Source of the DNA: Balanoglossus misakiensis
Taxonomy: Eukaryota > Animalia > Hemichordata
Assembly: GCA_040954595.2 (NCBI GenBank)
Contig: CM082578.2
Coordinates: forward strand, 2,276,831 to 2,340,830
DNA length: 64,000 nucleotides
Direction: 5' to 3'
A program made the translations under genes and the position numbers. Within the stretch, counting starts at the first letter, position 1; the number at the start of each line of letters is the position of its first letter. The notes beneath the pieces were generated by a model. It was not told the DNA's origin and did not search any database. It saw only the letters and a program-made list of their open reading frames with translations. Of this stretch, positions 27,224 through 41,800 are shown one piece after another.

Positions 27224-28167
27224 AAACACTGCTTGAATTTCTACAATTATTAAGCAAACGGAAGCTTCACTGACACATAGGCGTACACACAGAGCACGCG
27301 GCACGATAATTGTGTGCGTGGCCAGCTGATTGACCGACCCTATCTTATAATTTATATGGGAGAGAGCGGTTTTGTCTTGTTATATCCTACAAAAAGTGAC
27401 CATATTAAAGTGGAGAAATAATGACCTGATAATTTGTGTGGCCGATCGACCGTCCCTATCTAAGGCCTATATTGGTATGTTATGCAAGACACACTATTCG
27501 AAATAACGCCTGTCCGACAGTCCGAGACTGGTTGTTTTTCCATCATACTGATAGTAAAAAAGTTACCAGTCCGGCGGACAGGTTGAATTTAGCGTGGAGT
27601 TGACTTGTTTGCGGTATCATAGACGTACGTGACCCCATCGTGACCCTGGCTGTCCGGGATAGCACCACCAACGATATCTTTTAGACCATCCTCTGTTTAT
27701 TAGGCCCCTATTGCAATTAATTACCGTCCCTATCTTATATTGGAGGGCACGGGTTTGTCTTGGCATGTTATGCAAAACACTTGAAAGATGAATTTTTTTT
27801 TTAAATGACGTTTATGACATACAGATGTAACCGACCCCATAAGGTCCCAATGGTATATATTTACATCATACACCAAATTGGACTTAAAAACCAAAAATTG
27901 AAAGCCGCTGGAGTTTCTGCGACTATGAACTCAACGTAAGCTGGACACTACTCACTCCGAGCCCGACCTGGTAATTTGTATGTTGTCCATCGAGCGCCTA
28001 TAGCTTAGACCTATACAGGAGAGAACGGTTTATGAAGTTATGTTCAACAAAAATATATGATCATAGAATTAAAGAATTTGGAGAAAAAAAATATAATTAA
28101 AAATGGACGTTTACGACGACAAAAAGGAAGACTGTTTAATGCAAAAGTTAAGAAAAAGGAAAAATTC

Positions 28168-28287
28168 AAGCCTACGGCACGTGGTATTCCCAGGCGGTCA
28201 CCCATCCAAGTACTAACCACGCCCAACGCAGCTTAACTTCGGTGATCGGACGAGAACCGGTGTATTCGACGTGGTATGGCCGTAGGC
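28168..28287 (-). rRNA. 5S rRNA
   Basis: Matches consensus. Confidence 0.97.
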
Positions 28288-29232
28288 AAACACTGCTTGA
28301 ATTTCTGCAATTATTAAGCAAACGGAAGCTTCACTAACACATAGGCGTACACACAGAGCACGCGGCACGATAATTGTGTGCGTGGCCAGCTGATTGACCG
28401 ACCCGATCTTATAATTTATATGGGAGAGAGCGGTTTTGTCTTGTTATATCCTACAAAAAGTGACCATATTAAAGTGGAGAAATAATGACCTGATAATTTG
28501 TGTGGCCGATCGACCGTCCCTATCTAAGGCCTATATTGGTATGTTATGCAAGACACACTATTCGAAATAACGCCTGTCCGACAGTCCGAGACTGGTTGTT
28601 TTTCCATCAGACTGATAGTAAAAAAGTTACCAGTCCGGCGGACAGGTTGAATTTAGCGTGGAGTTGACTTGTTTGCGGTATCATAGACGTACGTGACCCC
28701 ATCGTGACCCTGGCTGTCCGGGATAGCACCACCAACGATATCTTTTAGACCATCCTCTGTTTATTAGGCCCCTATTGCAATTAATTACCGTCCCTATCTT
28801 ATATTGGAGGGCACGGGTTTGTCTTGGCATGTTATGCAAAACACTTGAAAGATGAATTTTTTTTTTTAAATGACGTTTATGACATACAGATGTAACCGAC
28901 CCCATAAGGTCCCAATGGTATATATTTACATCATACACCAAATTGGACTTAAAAACCAAAAATTGAAAGCCGCTGGAGTTTCTGCGACTATGAACTCAAC
29001 GTAAGCTGGACACTACTCACTCCGAGCCCGACCTGGTAATTTGTATGTTGTCCATCGAGCGCCTATAGCTTAGACCTATACAGGAGAGAACGGTTTATGA
29101 AGTTATGTTCAACAAAAATATATGATCATGGAATTAAAGAATTTGGAGAAAAAAAATATAATTAAAAATGGACGTTTACGACGACAAAAAGGAAGACTGT
29201 TTAATGCAAAAGTTAAGAAAAAGGAAACATTC

Positions 29233-29352
29233 AAGCCTACGGCACGTGGTATTCCCAGGCGGTCACCCATCCAAGTACTAACCACGCCCAACGCAGCTTA
29301 ACTTCGGTGATCGGACGAGAACCGGTGTATTCGACGTGGTATGGCCGTAGGC
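29233..29352 (-). rRNA. 5S rRNA
   Basis: Matches consensus. First terminator T-run interrupted (aaacatt). Confidence 0.97.
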
Positions 29353-30294
29353 AAACACTGCTTGAATTTCTACAATTATTAAGCAAACGGAAGCTTCACT
29401 AACACATAGGCGTACACACAGAGCACGCGGCACGATAATTGTGTGCGTGGCCAGCTGATTGACCGACCCTATCTTATAATTTATATGGGAGAGAGCGGTT
29501 TTGTCTTGTTATATCCTACAAAAAGTGACCATATTAAAGTGGAGAAATAATGACCTGATAATTTGTGTGGCCGATCGACCGTCCCTATCTAAGGCCTATA
29601 TTGGTATGTTATGCAAGACACACTATTCGAAATAACGCCTGTCCGACAGTCCGAGACTGGTTGTTTTTCCATCAGACTGATAGTAAAAAAGTTACCAGTC
29701 CGGCGGACAGGTTGAATTTAGCGTGGAGTTGACTTGTTTGCGGTATCATAGACGTACGTGACCCCATCGTGACCCTGGCTGTCCGGGATAGCACCACCAA
29801 CGATATCTTTTAGACCATCCTCTGTTTATTAGGCCCCTATTGCAATTAATTACCGTCCCTATCTTATATTGGAGGGCACGGGTTTGTCTTGGCATGTTAT
29901 GCAAAACACTTGAAAGATGAATTTTTTTTAAATGACGTTTATGACATACAGATGTAACCGACCCCATAAGGTCCCAATGGTATATATTTACATCATACAC
30001 CAAATTGGACTTAAAAACCAAAAATTGAAAGCCGCTGGAGTTTCTGCGACTATGAACTCAACGTAAGCTGGACACTACTCACTCCGAGCCCGACCTGGTA
30101 ATTTGTATGTTGTCCATCGAGCGCCTATAGCTTAGACCTATACAGGAGAGAACGGTTTATGAAGTTATGTTCAACAAAAATATATGATCATGGAATTAAA
30201 GAATTTGGAGAAAAAAAATATAATTAAAAATGGACGTTTACGACGACAAAAAGGAAGACTGTTTAATGCAAAAGTTAAGAAAAAGGAAAAATTC

Positions 30295-30414
30295 AAGCCT
30301 ACGGCACGTGGTATTCCCAGGCGGTCACCCATCCAAGTACTAACCACGCCCAACGCAGCTTAACTTCGGTGATCGGACGAGAACCGGTGTATTCGACGTG
30401 GTATGGCCGTAGGC
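30295..30414 (-). rRNA. 5S rRNA
   Basis: Matches consensus. Confidence 0.97.
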
Positions 30415-31132
30415 AAACACTGCTTGAATTTCTACAATTATTAAGCAAACGGAAGCTTCACTAACACATAGGCGTACACACAGAGCACGCGGCACGATAA
30501 TTGTGTGCGTGGCCAGCTGATTGACCGACCCTATCTTATAATTTATATGGGAGAGAGCGGTTTTGTCTTGTTATATCCTACAAAAAGTGACCATATTAAA
30601 GTGGAGAAATAATGACCTGATAATTTGTGTGGCCGATCGACCGTCCCTATCTAAGGCCTATATTGGTATGTTATGCAAGACACACTATTCGAAATAACGC
30701 CTGTCCGACAGTCCGAGACTGGTTGTTTTTCCATCAGACTGATAGTAAAAAAGTTACCAGTCCGGCGGACAGGTTGAATTTAGCGTGGAGTTGACTTGTT
30801 TGCGGTATCATAGACGTACGTGACCCCATCGTGACCCTGGCTGTCCGGGATAGCACCACCAACGATATCTTTTAGACCATCCTCTGTTTATTAGGCCCCT
30901 ATTGCAATTAATTACCGTCCCTATCTTATATTGGAGGGCACGGGTTTGTCTTGGCATGTTATGCAAAACACTTGAAAGATGATTTTTTTTTTAAATGACG
31001 TTTATGACATACAGATGTAACCGACCCCATAAGGTCCCAATGGTATATATTTACATCATACACCAAATTGGACTTAAAAACCAAAAATTGAAAGCCGCTG
31101 GAGTTTCTGCGACTATGAACTCAACGTAAGCT

Positions 31133-33866
31133 TTAAGACTTTTCTACCAAAATACAAGAAGTATTGCTGGTCCAAACAAGCTTCCCAAGTTTAACATTCA
31201 ATTTTCTGATGCTGTGTTTGACTTGATTGTAATCACAGAAACTTGGTTGCACACCTCGGTTAACTGCAGTGAACTCCTAAACAATCAGTACTCTATTTTT
31301 CGTCGCGATCGTGATGCATCGACCAGTTGCAAGTCCCGTGGTGGTGGAGTACTCATCGCAGTCAGATCGGATATAGAAGCTCGTCAGTGCTCTGATGTAG
31401 ATTCTAATGCTAACATTGAAATTATATGGATCCAACTTAATCTTTTAAACACCAATCTGTATCTAGGTGTTGTTTATATGCCGCCAAACTCCAACCTTCA
31501 GTCATATAACATTCTAGACGATAGTATTGACCGTATAAGTCATCTTTGTACGCCTAATGACTCCATTCTGCTGCTTGGTGACTTCAATCTACCAGATATC
31601 TCTTGGGTTCCTGATGTGGAGTTGGACCACTTTGTTCCTAGTGCATGGTCCTCTGCTTCTTCTGAGAGATTTATTGATACTCTTAACGAACACAATCTGC
31701 TCCAAGTAAACGGTCATCCCACCTGTAATGGTCATACACTTGACCTGGTTTGTTCAAGCTTCACCAAGATTTCCGTTTCAGTAAGTGAATCTGTTATTCC
31801 ATCTGACCATCTTCCACTCGAATGTGACATTAATCTGGCTGCTCCAAAGCGGGTTTCTTACCCTGATCTTTGGGTCTACAACTATAAGAATGCGGACTTC
31901 GACCACTTAAAAACCAATATTTCCTCACTCCCTTGGACTGCACTTCTAAACAGCTCCAACATCGACGATGATGCTGAACTTTTCTATGACCTCCTACAAT
32001 CGGCTATAGACGACACAATTCCTAAAGTCCGCATAAAAAGAAGAAAGTTCCCCCTGTGGTTTGACGCCGATCTAATCTCCCTTGTAAGGGAGAAGGAAAT
32101 CGCGAGACGCCAGTATAAACGCACTCAGACTCGTTCCGACTACTCTGTCTTCTCGCGTCTGCGTGCTCAACTTAACCTAGCCAAGGACGTACGTTATCGG
32201 GAATATCTCTCAGATGTCCAGGCCTCCATCCACGAAAACAGCAAACGTTTTTGGGGTTATGCGAAATCCAAGCGTAAATTGACTCTGAACTCTTTTAACT
32301 TTGAACTTAACGGCAAGCAGTCTAACTCAGGCTCCGAAGCTGCTCAACTTTTTGCCGATTTTTTTGCCTCTGTTTTCACTGAAAACAATGACCCTAATTT
32401 ACCTGAGCTTAATTATCCTTGCTTTGGGCAACTCTCACATGTCAATATCAGTACCCAGAGTATTGAGAAAGCCATCGCATCTCTTGACTTGAACAAAGCC
32501 AGTGGCCCGGATGGTTTATCCGCCCGTGTCATTAAACACTGTTCAGATGTTATTGTTGTCCCCCTCCAGATTTTATTCCAAAAATCAATTTATCTGGGAC
32601 ACTTTCCTACCAAGTTCAAACAGGCCAATGTTGTCCCCATTTTTAAATCTGGTCGCCAATCCTTTGTTGAGAATTACCGCCCCATCTCCTTGTTGCCTCT
32701 TTTTGCTAAGATTTTCGAAGCTGTTATTGTCCCTCATATCTACCAGCATGTTCGACCAAATATATCCATTTATCAGCATGGATTTGTTAAAAATAGATCT
32801 ACCACAACAAACTTAGTGGCTTACACTGATTTCATTTCAGCTTCATTGAACAACAAAGAACAGGTAGATTCAATCTACACTGATTTTAGCAAGGCGTCTG
32901 ACAGTGTCTGTCACACACTACTGCTGTACAAAGCCGCCAAATTTGGTATATGTGGCAATTTGCACAGCTGGCTGGCGTCGTATCTCCATCTCAGACAACA
33001 GAGGGTGGTGTTTGGCAGTCACTCGTCAAACAGCTTCACTGCTACATCGGGGGTCCCACAAGGTTCACTCTTGGGGCCACTACTTTTTGTAATGTATATA
33101 AATGATATATAACTGTTAGATATTTCTGCAAAGCTCAGCATTCAATCAGTTCAAATTCATCAGTTTCACCCTAAAGAAAAGGGTTATTTCATCTACTGAC
33201 TACTCTATCAATGGCACTCCCCTTCAACGTGTTTCTGTAATCAAGGACTTGGGCATATACCTTACTTCTAATCTCAATTATTCTTTTCACATAAATAACA
33301 CAGTATCCAGAGCCTTCAAATCTCTGGGTTTTATTAAGCGCCTCTGCCAGCCTTTTAATGACATGTCCGCAATTATTTCTCTATATTTTGTTTATGTAAG
33401 ATCTATTCTAGAGTATGGCTCTGTTGTGTGGTCACCCCACCAACAGGGCCTGTCAGACAAGATTGAGCGGGTACAAATTAAGTTTGTGAAGTACATTTGT
33501 TGCAAACTCAATATTCACTGCAGCAGGTCCAGCTACCCTATTTATTGTAGATTACTGAATATCCCAATGTTATATAACAGAAGATTCACCCTTGACATGT
33601 GTTTTTTATACAAAATTATCCACTCACAGTATGATTCACCTGGTATTTTAAATCAAATATGTTTTTATGCCCCTAGTAGAAATTTACGCAAGAAACCCTT
33701 TTTTAAACCCGACTTGTGCTCCGTTAATTGTAGAAAATTCTCGACAATGCTCAGATGCATGTCTGCTTTTAATGAGATTTCTTCTAAATGTAATAGTAAT
33801 ATTTTTTCTACGCTCCACAGATTTAAATCTATTTTATCCAGTCATTTTAATGGTACTGTTCCTTGA
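31133..33866 (+). pseudogene. LINE ORF2 (EN+RT), disrupted
   Basis: ORFs 31214-33112 and 33249-33866. Net 119-bp loss relative to copy 1. Confidence 0.9.
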
Positions 33867-34025
33867 TTTGTATTTATATTTTACGTGACATGTGTTACTT
33901 TTTTCGGTGTCTTGTTTATCAGTTAGTTTTTGTTTTGTGATTTAATTGTTTTTATTGTTTCCCAGATCTGTAAGTGGGTTTGCCCGTTGATCTGTGTAAT
34001 AAATAAATAAATAAAAAAAAAAAAA
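31133..34025 (+). mobile_element. CR1-group non-LTR retrotransposon, copy 2 (defective)
   Basis: Same 5' junction and TSD GTAAGCT (31126-31132, 34026-34032) as copy 1. Premature TAA at 33110-33112 and internal deletion removing YADD. Confidence 0.93.
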
Positions 34026-34257
34026 GTAAGCTGGACACTACTCACTCCGAGCCCGACCTGGTAATTTGTATGTTGTCCATCGAGCGCCTATAGCTTAGAC
34101 CTATACAGGAGAGAACGGTTTATGAAGTTATGTTCAACAAAAATATATGATCATGGCATTAAAGAATTTGGAGAAAAAAAATATAATTAAAAATGGACGT
34201 TTACGACGACAAAAAGGAAGACTGTTTAATGCAAAAGTTAAGAAAAAGGAAAAATTC

Positions 34258-34377
34258 AAGCCTACGGCACGTGGTATTCCCAGGCGGTCACCCATCCAAG
34301 TACTAACCACGCCCAACGCAGCTTAACTACGGTGATCGGACGAGAACCGGTGTATTCGACGTGGTATGGCCGTAGGC
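34258..34377 (-). rRNA. 5S rRNA (1 substitution)
   Basis: aactacgg variant. Confidence 0.96.
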
Positions 34378-35324
34378 AAACACTGCTTGAATTTCTACAA
34401 TTATTAAGCAAACGGAAGCTTCACTAACACATAGGCGTACACACAGAGCACGCGGCACGATAATTGTGTGCGTGGCCAGCTGATTGACCGACCCTATCTT
34501 ATAATTTATATGGGAGAGAGCGGTTTTGTCTTGTTATATCCTACAAAAAGTGACCATATTAAAGTGGAGAAATAATGACCTGATAATTTGTGTGGCCGAT
34601 CGACCGTCCCTATCTAAGGCCTATATTGGTATGTTATGCAAGACACACTATTCGAAATAACGCCTGTCCGACAGTCCGAGACTGGTTGTTTTTCCATCAG
34701 ACTGATAGTAAAAAAGTTACCAGTCCGGCGGACAGGTTGAATTTAGCGTGGAGTTGACTTGTTTGCGGTATCATAGACGTACGTGACCCCATCGTGACCC
34801 TGGCTGTCCGGGATAGCACCACCAACGATATCTTTTAGACCATCCTCTGTTTATTAGGCCCCTATTGCAATTAATTACCGTCCCTATCTTATATTGGAGG
34901 GCACGGGTTTGTCTTGGCATGTTATGCAAAACACTTGAAAGATGAATTTTTTTTTTTTTTAATGACGTTTATGACATACAGATGTAACCGACCCCATAAG
35001 GTCCCAATGGTATATATTTACATCATACACCAAATTGGACTTAAAAACCAAAAATTGAAAGCCGCTGGAGTTTCTGCGACTATGAACTCAACGTAAGCTG
35101 GACACTACTCACTCCGAGCCCGACCTGGTAATTTGTATGTTGTCCATCGAGCGCCTATAGCTTAGACCTATACAGGAGAGAACGGTTTATGAAGTTATGT
35201 TCAACAAAAATATATGATCATGGAATTAAAGAATTTGGAGAAAAAAAATATAATTAAAAATGGACGTTTACGACGACAAAAAGGAAGACTGTTTAATGCA
35301 AAAGTTAAGAAAAAGGAAAAATTC

Positions 35325-35444
35325 AAGCCTACGGCACGTGGTATTCCCAGGCGGTCACCCATCCAAGTACTAACCACGCCCAACGCAGCTTAACTACGGT
35401 GATCGGACGAGAACCGGTGTATTCGACGTGGTATGGCCGTAGGC
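35325..35444 (-). rRNA. 5S rRNA (1 substitution)
   Basis: aactacgg variant. Confidence 0.96.
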
Positions 35445-36385
35445 AAACACTGCTTGAATTTCTACAATTATTAAGCAAACGGAAGCTTCACTAACACATA
35501 GGCGTACACACAGAGCACGCGGCACGATAATTGTGTGCGTGGCCAGCTGATTGACCGACCCTATCTTATAATTTATATGGGAGAGAGCGGTTTTGTCTTG
35601 TTATATCCTACAAAAAGTGACCATATTAAAGTGGAGAAATAATGACCTGATAATTTGTGTGGCCGATCGACCGTCCCTATCTAAGGCCTATATTGGTATG
35701 TTATGCAAGACACACTATTCTAACGCCTGTCCGACAGTCCGAGACTGGTTGTTTCTCCATCAGACTGATAGTAAAAAAAGTTACCAGTCCGGCGGACAGG
35801 TTGAATTTAGCGTGGAGTTGACTTGTTTGCGGTATCATAGACGTACGTGACCCCATCGTGACCCTGGCTGTCCGGGATAGCACCACCAACGATATCTTTT
35901 AGACCATCCTCTGTTTATTAGGCCCCTATTGCAATTAATTACCGTCCCTATCTTATATTGGAGGGAACGGGTTTGTCTTGGCATGTTATGCAAAACACTT
36001 GAAAGATGAATTTTTTTTTTAAATGACGTTTATGACATACAGATGTAACCGACCCCATAAGGTCCCAATGGTATATATTTACATCATACACCAAATTGGA
36101 CTTAAAAACCAAAAATTGAAAGCCGCTGGAGTTTCTGCGACTATGAACTCAACGTAAGCTGGACACTACTCACTCCGAGCCCGACCTGGTAATTTGTATG
36201 TTGTCCATCGAGCGCCTATAGCTTAGACCTATACAGGAGAGAACGGTTTATGAAGTTATGTTCAACAAAAATATATGATCATGGAATTAAAGAATTTGGA
36301 GAAAAAATATATAATTAAAAATGGACGTTTACGACGACAAAAAGGAAGACTGTTTAATGCAAAAGTTAAGAAAAAGGAAAAATTC

Positions 36386-36505
36386 AAGCCTACGGCACGT
36401 GGTATTCCCAGGCGGTCACCCATCCAAGTACTAACCACGCCCAACGCAGCTTAACTTCGGTGATCGGACGAGAACCAGTGTATTCGACGTGGTATGGCCG
36501 TAGGC
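36386..36505 (-). rRNA. 5S rRNA (1 substitution)
   Basis: accagtg variant. Confidence 0.96.
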
Positions 36506-37449
36506 AAACACTGCTTGAATTTCTACAATTATTAAGCAAACGGAAGCTTCACTAACACATAGGCGTACACACAGAGCACGCGGCACGATAATTGTGTGCG
36601 TGGCCAGCTGATTGACCGACCCTATCTTATAATTTATATGGGAGAGAGCGGTTTTGTCTTGTTATATCCTACAAAAAGTGACCATATTAAAGTGGAGAAA
36701 TAATGACCTGATAATTTGTGTAGCCGATCGACCGTCCCTATCTAAGGCCTATATTGGTATGTTATGCAAGACACACTATTCGAAATAACGCCTGTCCGAC
36801 AGTCCGAGACTGGTTGTTTTTCCATCAGACTGATAGTAAAAAAGTTACCAGTCCGGCGGACAGGTTGAATTTAGCGTGGAGTTGACTTGTTTGCGGTATC
36901 ATAGACGTACGTGACCCCATCGTGACCCTGGCTGTCCGGGATAGCACCACCAACGATATCTTTTAGACCATCCTCTGTTTATTAGGCCCCTATTGCAATT
37001 AATTACCGTCCCTATCTTATATTGGAGGGAAAGGGTTTGTCTTGGCATGTTATGCAAAACACTTGAAAGATGAATTTTTTTTTTAAATGACGTTTATGAC
37101 ATACAGATGTAACCGACCCCATAAGGTCCCAATGGTATATATTAACATCATACACCAAATTGGACTTAAAAACCAAAAATTGAAAGCCGCTGGAGTTTCT
37201 GCGACTATGAACTCAACGTAAGCTGGACACTACTCACTCCGAGCCCGACCTGGTAATTTGTATGTTGTCCATCGAGCGCCTATAGCTTAGACCTATACAG
37301 GAGAGAACGGTTTATGAAGTTATGTTCAACAAAAATATATGATCATGGAATTAAAGAATTTGGAGAAAAAAAATATAATTAAAAATGGACGTTTACGACG
37401 ACAAAAAGGAAGACTGTTTAATGCAAAAGTTAAGAAAAAGGAAAAATTC

Positions 37450-37569
37450 AAGCCTACGGCACGTGGTATTCCCAGGCGGTCACCCATCCAAGTACTAACC
37501 ACGCCCAACGCAGCTTAACTTCGGTGATCGGACGAGAACCGGTGTATTCGACGTGGTATGGCCGTAGGC
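37450..37569 (-). rRNA. 5S rRNA
   Basis: Matches consensus. Confidence 0.97.
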
Positions 37570-38514
37570 AAACACTGCTTGAATTTCTACAATTATTAAG
37601 CAAACGGAAGCTTCACTAACACATAGGCGTACACACAGAGCACGCGGCACGATAATTGTGTGCGTGGCCAGCTGATTGACCGACCCTATCTTATAATTTA
37701 TATGGGAGAGAGCGGTTTTGTCTTGTTATATCCTACAAAAAGTGACCATATTAAAGTGGAGAAATAATGACCTGATAATTTGTGTGGCCGATCGACCGTC
37801 CCTATCTAAGGCCTATATTGGTATGTTATGCAAGACACACTATTCGAAATAACGCCTGTCCGACAGTCCGAGACTGGTTGTTTTTCCATCAGACTGATAG
37901 TAAAAAAGTTACCAGTCCGGCGGACAGGTTGAATTTAGCGTGGAGTTGACTTGTTTGCGGTATCATAGACGTACGTGACCCCATCGTGACCCTGGCTGTC
38001 CGGGATAGCACCACCAACGATATCTTTTAGACCATCCTCTGTTTATTAGGCCCCTATTGCAATTAATTACCGTCCCTATCTTATATTGGAGGGAACGGGT
38101 TTGTCTTGGCATGTTATGCAAAACACTTGAAAGATGAATTTTTTTTTTTAAATGACGTTTATGACATACAGATGTAACCGACCCCATAAGGTCCCAATGG
38201 TATATATTAACATCATACACCAAATTGGACTTAAAAACCAAAAATTGAAAGCCGCTGGAGTTTCTGCGACTATGAACTCAACGTAAGCTGGACACTACTC
38301 ACTCCGAGCCCGACCTGGTAATTTGTATGTTGTCCATCGAGCGCCTATAGCTTAGACCTATACAGGAGAGAACGGTTTATGAAGTTATGTTCAACAAAAA
38401 TATATGATCATGGAATTAAAGAATTTGGAGAAAAAAAATATAATTAAAAATGGACGTTTACGACGACAAAAAGGAAGACTGTTTAATGCAAAAGTTAAGA
38501 AAAAGGAAAAATTC

Positions 38515-38634
38515 AAGCCTACGGCACGTGGTATTCCCAGGCAATCACCCATCCAAGTACTAACCACGCCCAACGCAGCTTAACTTCGGTGATCGGACGA
38601 GAACCGGTGTATTCGACGTGGTATGGCCGTAGGC
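38515..38634 (-). rRNA. 5S rRNA (2 adjacent substitutions in box C region)
   Basis: gcaatcac for gcggtcac. Confidence 0.9.
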
Positions 38635-39552
38635 AAACACTGCTTGAATTTCTACAATTATTAAGCAAACGGAAGCTTCACTAACACATAGGCGTACACA
38701 CAGAGCACGCGGCACGATAATTGTGTGCGTGGCCAGCTGATTGACCGACCCTATCTTATAATTTATATGGGAGAGAGCGGTTTTGTCTTGTTATATCCTA
38801 CAAAAAGTGACCATATTAAAGTGGAGAAATAATGACCTGATAATTTGTGTGGCCGATCGACCGTCCCTATCTAAGGCCTATATTGGTATGTTATGCAAGA
38901 CACACTATTCGAAATAACGCCTGTCCGACAGTCCGAGACTGGTTGTTTTTCCATCAGACTGATAGTAAAAAAGTTACCAGTCCGGCGGACAGGTTGAATT
39001 TAGCGTGGAGTTGACTTGTTTGCGGTATCATAGACGTACGTGACCCCATCGTGACCCTGGCTGTCCGGGATAGCACCACCAACGATATCTTTTAGACCAT
39101 CCTCTGTTTATTAGGCCCCTATTGCAATTAATTACCGTCCCTATCTTATATTGGAGGGAACGGGTTTGTCTTGGCATGTTATGCAAAACACTTGAAAGAT
39201 GAATTTTTTTTTTTAAATGACGTTTATGACATACAGATGTAACCGACCCCATAAGGTCCCAATGGTATATATTTCCATCATACACCAAATTGGACTTAAA
39301 AACCAAACATTGAAAGCCGCTGGAGCTGGACACTACTCACTCCGAGCCCGACCTGTTAATTTGTATGTTGTCCATCGAGCGCCTATAGCTTAGACCTATA
39401 CAGGAGAGAACGGTTTATGAAGTTATGTTCAACAAAAATATATGATCATGGAATTAAAGAATTTGGAGAAAAAAAATATAATTAAAAATGGACGTTTACG
39501 ACGACAAAAAGGAAGACTGTTTAATGCAAAAGTTAAGAAAAAGGAAAAATTC

Positions 39553-39672
39553 AAACCTACGGCACGTGGTATTCCCAGGCGGTCACCCATCCAAGTACTA
39601 ACCACGCCCAACGCAGCTTAACTTCGGTGATCGGACGAGAACCGGTGTATTCGACGTGGTATGGCCGTAGGC
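39553..39672 (-). rRNA. 5S rRNA (1 substitution near 3' end)
   Basis: aaacct for aagcct. Confidence 0.95.
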
Positions 39673-40618
39673 AAACACTGCTTGAATTTCTACAATTATT
39701 AAGCAAACGGAAGCTTCACTAACACATAGGCGTACACACAGAGCACGCGGCACGATAATTGTGTGCGTGGCCAGCTGATTGACCGACCCTATCTTATAAT
39801 TTATATGGGAGAGAGCGGTTTTGTCTTGTTATATCCTACAAAAAGTGACCATATTAAAGTGGAGAAATAATGACCTGATAATTTGTGTGGCCGATCGACC
39901 GGCCCTATCTAAGGCCTATATTGGTATGTTATGCAAGACACACTATTCGAAATAACGCCTGTCCGACAGTCCGAGACTGGTTGTTTTTCCATCAGACTGA
40001 TAGTAAAAAAGTTACCAGTCCGGCGGACAGGTTGAATTTAGCGTGGAGTTGACTTGTTTGCGGTATCATAGACGTACGTGACCCCATCGTGACCCTGGCT
40101 GTCCGGGATAGCACCACCAACGATATCTTTTAGACCATCCTCTGTTTATTAGGCCCCTATTGCAATTAATTACCGTCCCTATCTTATATTGGAGGGCACG
40201 GGTTTGTCTTGGCATGTTATGCAAAACACTTGAAAGATGAATTTTTTTTTTTTAAATGACGTTTATGACATACAGATGTAACCGACCCTATAAGGTCCCA
40301 ATGGTATATATTTACATCATACACCAAATTGGACTTAAAAACCAAAAATTGAAAGCCGCTGGAGTTTCTGCGACTATGAACTCAACGTAAGCTGGACACT
40401 ACTCACTCCGAGCCCGACCTGGTAATTTGTATGTTGTCCATCGAGCGCCTATAGCTTAGACCTATACAGGAGAGAACGGTTTATGAAGTTATGTTCAACA
40501 AAAATATATGATCATGGAATTAAAGAATTTGGAGAAAAAAAATATAATTAAAAATGGACGTTTACGACGACAAAAAGGAAGACTGTTTAATGCAAAAGTT
40601 AAGAAAAAGGAAAAATTC

Positions 40619-40738
40619 AAGCCTACGGCACGTGGTATTCCCAGGCGGTCACCCATCCAAGTACTAACCACGCCCAACGCAGCTTAACTTCGGTGATCGG
40701 ACGAGAACCGGTGTATTCGACGTGGTATGGCCGTAGGC
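40619..40738 (-). rRNA. 5S rRNA
   Basis: Matches consensus. Confidence 0.97.
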
Positions 40739-41683
40739 AAACACTGCTTGAATTTCTACAATTATTAAGCAAACGGAAGCTTCACTAACACATAGGCGTA
40801 CACACAGAGCACGCGGCACGATAATTGTGTGCGTGGCCAGCTGATTGACCGACCCTATCTTATAATTTATATGGGAGAGAGCGGTTTTGTCTTGTTATAT
40901 CCTACAAAAAGTGACCATATTAAAGTGGAGAAATAATGACCTGATAATTTGTGTGGCCGATCGACCGTCCCTATCTAAGGCCTATATTGGTATGTTATGC
41001 AAGACACACTATTCGAAATAACGCCTGTCCGACAGTCCGAGACTGGTTGTTTTTCCATCAGACTGATAGTAAAAAAGTTACCAGTCCGACGGACAGGTTG
41101 AATTTAGCGTGGAGTTGACTTGTTTGCGGTATCATAGACGTACGTGACCCCATCGTGACCCTGGCTGTCCGGGATAGCACCACCAACGATATCTTTTAGA
41201 CCATCCTCTGTTTATTAGGCCCCTATTGCAATTAATTACCGTCCCTATCTTATATTGGAGGGCACGGGTTTGTCTTGGCATGTTATGCAAAACACTTGAA
41301 AGATGATTTTTTTTTTTTAAATGACGTTTAGGACATACAGATGTAACCGACCCCATAAGGTCCCAATGGTATATATTTACATCATACACCAAATTGGACT
41401 TAAAAACCAAAAATTGAAAGCCGCTGGAGTTTCTGCGACTATGAACTCAACGTAAGCTGGACACTACTCACTCCGAGCCCGACCTGGTAATTTGTATGTT
41501 GTCCATCGAGCGCCTATAGCTTAGACCTATACAGGAGAGAACGGTTTATGAAGTTATGTTCAACAAAAATATATGATCATGGAATTAAAGAATTTGGAGA
41601 AAAAAAATATAATTAAAAATGGACGTTTACGACGACAAAAAGGAAGACTGTTTAATGCAAAAGTTAAGAAAAAGGAAAAATTC

Positions 41684-41800
41684 AAGCCTACGGCACGTGG
41701 TATTCCCAGGCGGTCACCCATCCAAGTACTAACCACGCCCAACGCAGCTTAACTTCGGTGATCGGACGAGAACCGGTGTATTCGACGTGGTATGGCCGTA
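41684..41800 (-). pseudogene. 5S rRNA gene interrupted by DNA element (nt 4-120 here; nt 1-9 at 55614-55622)
   Basis: 5S sequence stops at ...tatggccgta (41800) and resumes as gccgtaggcaaac at 55614. Confidence 0.95.

Noticed and set aside
1-41800. CRISPR array or prokaryotic system
   Set aside because: Repeats are ~1 kb with identical spacers, and the content is eukaryotic (introns, LINEs, Pol III gene).
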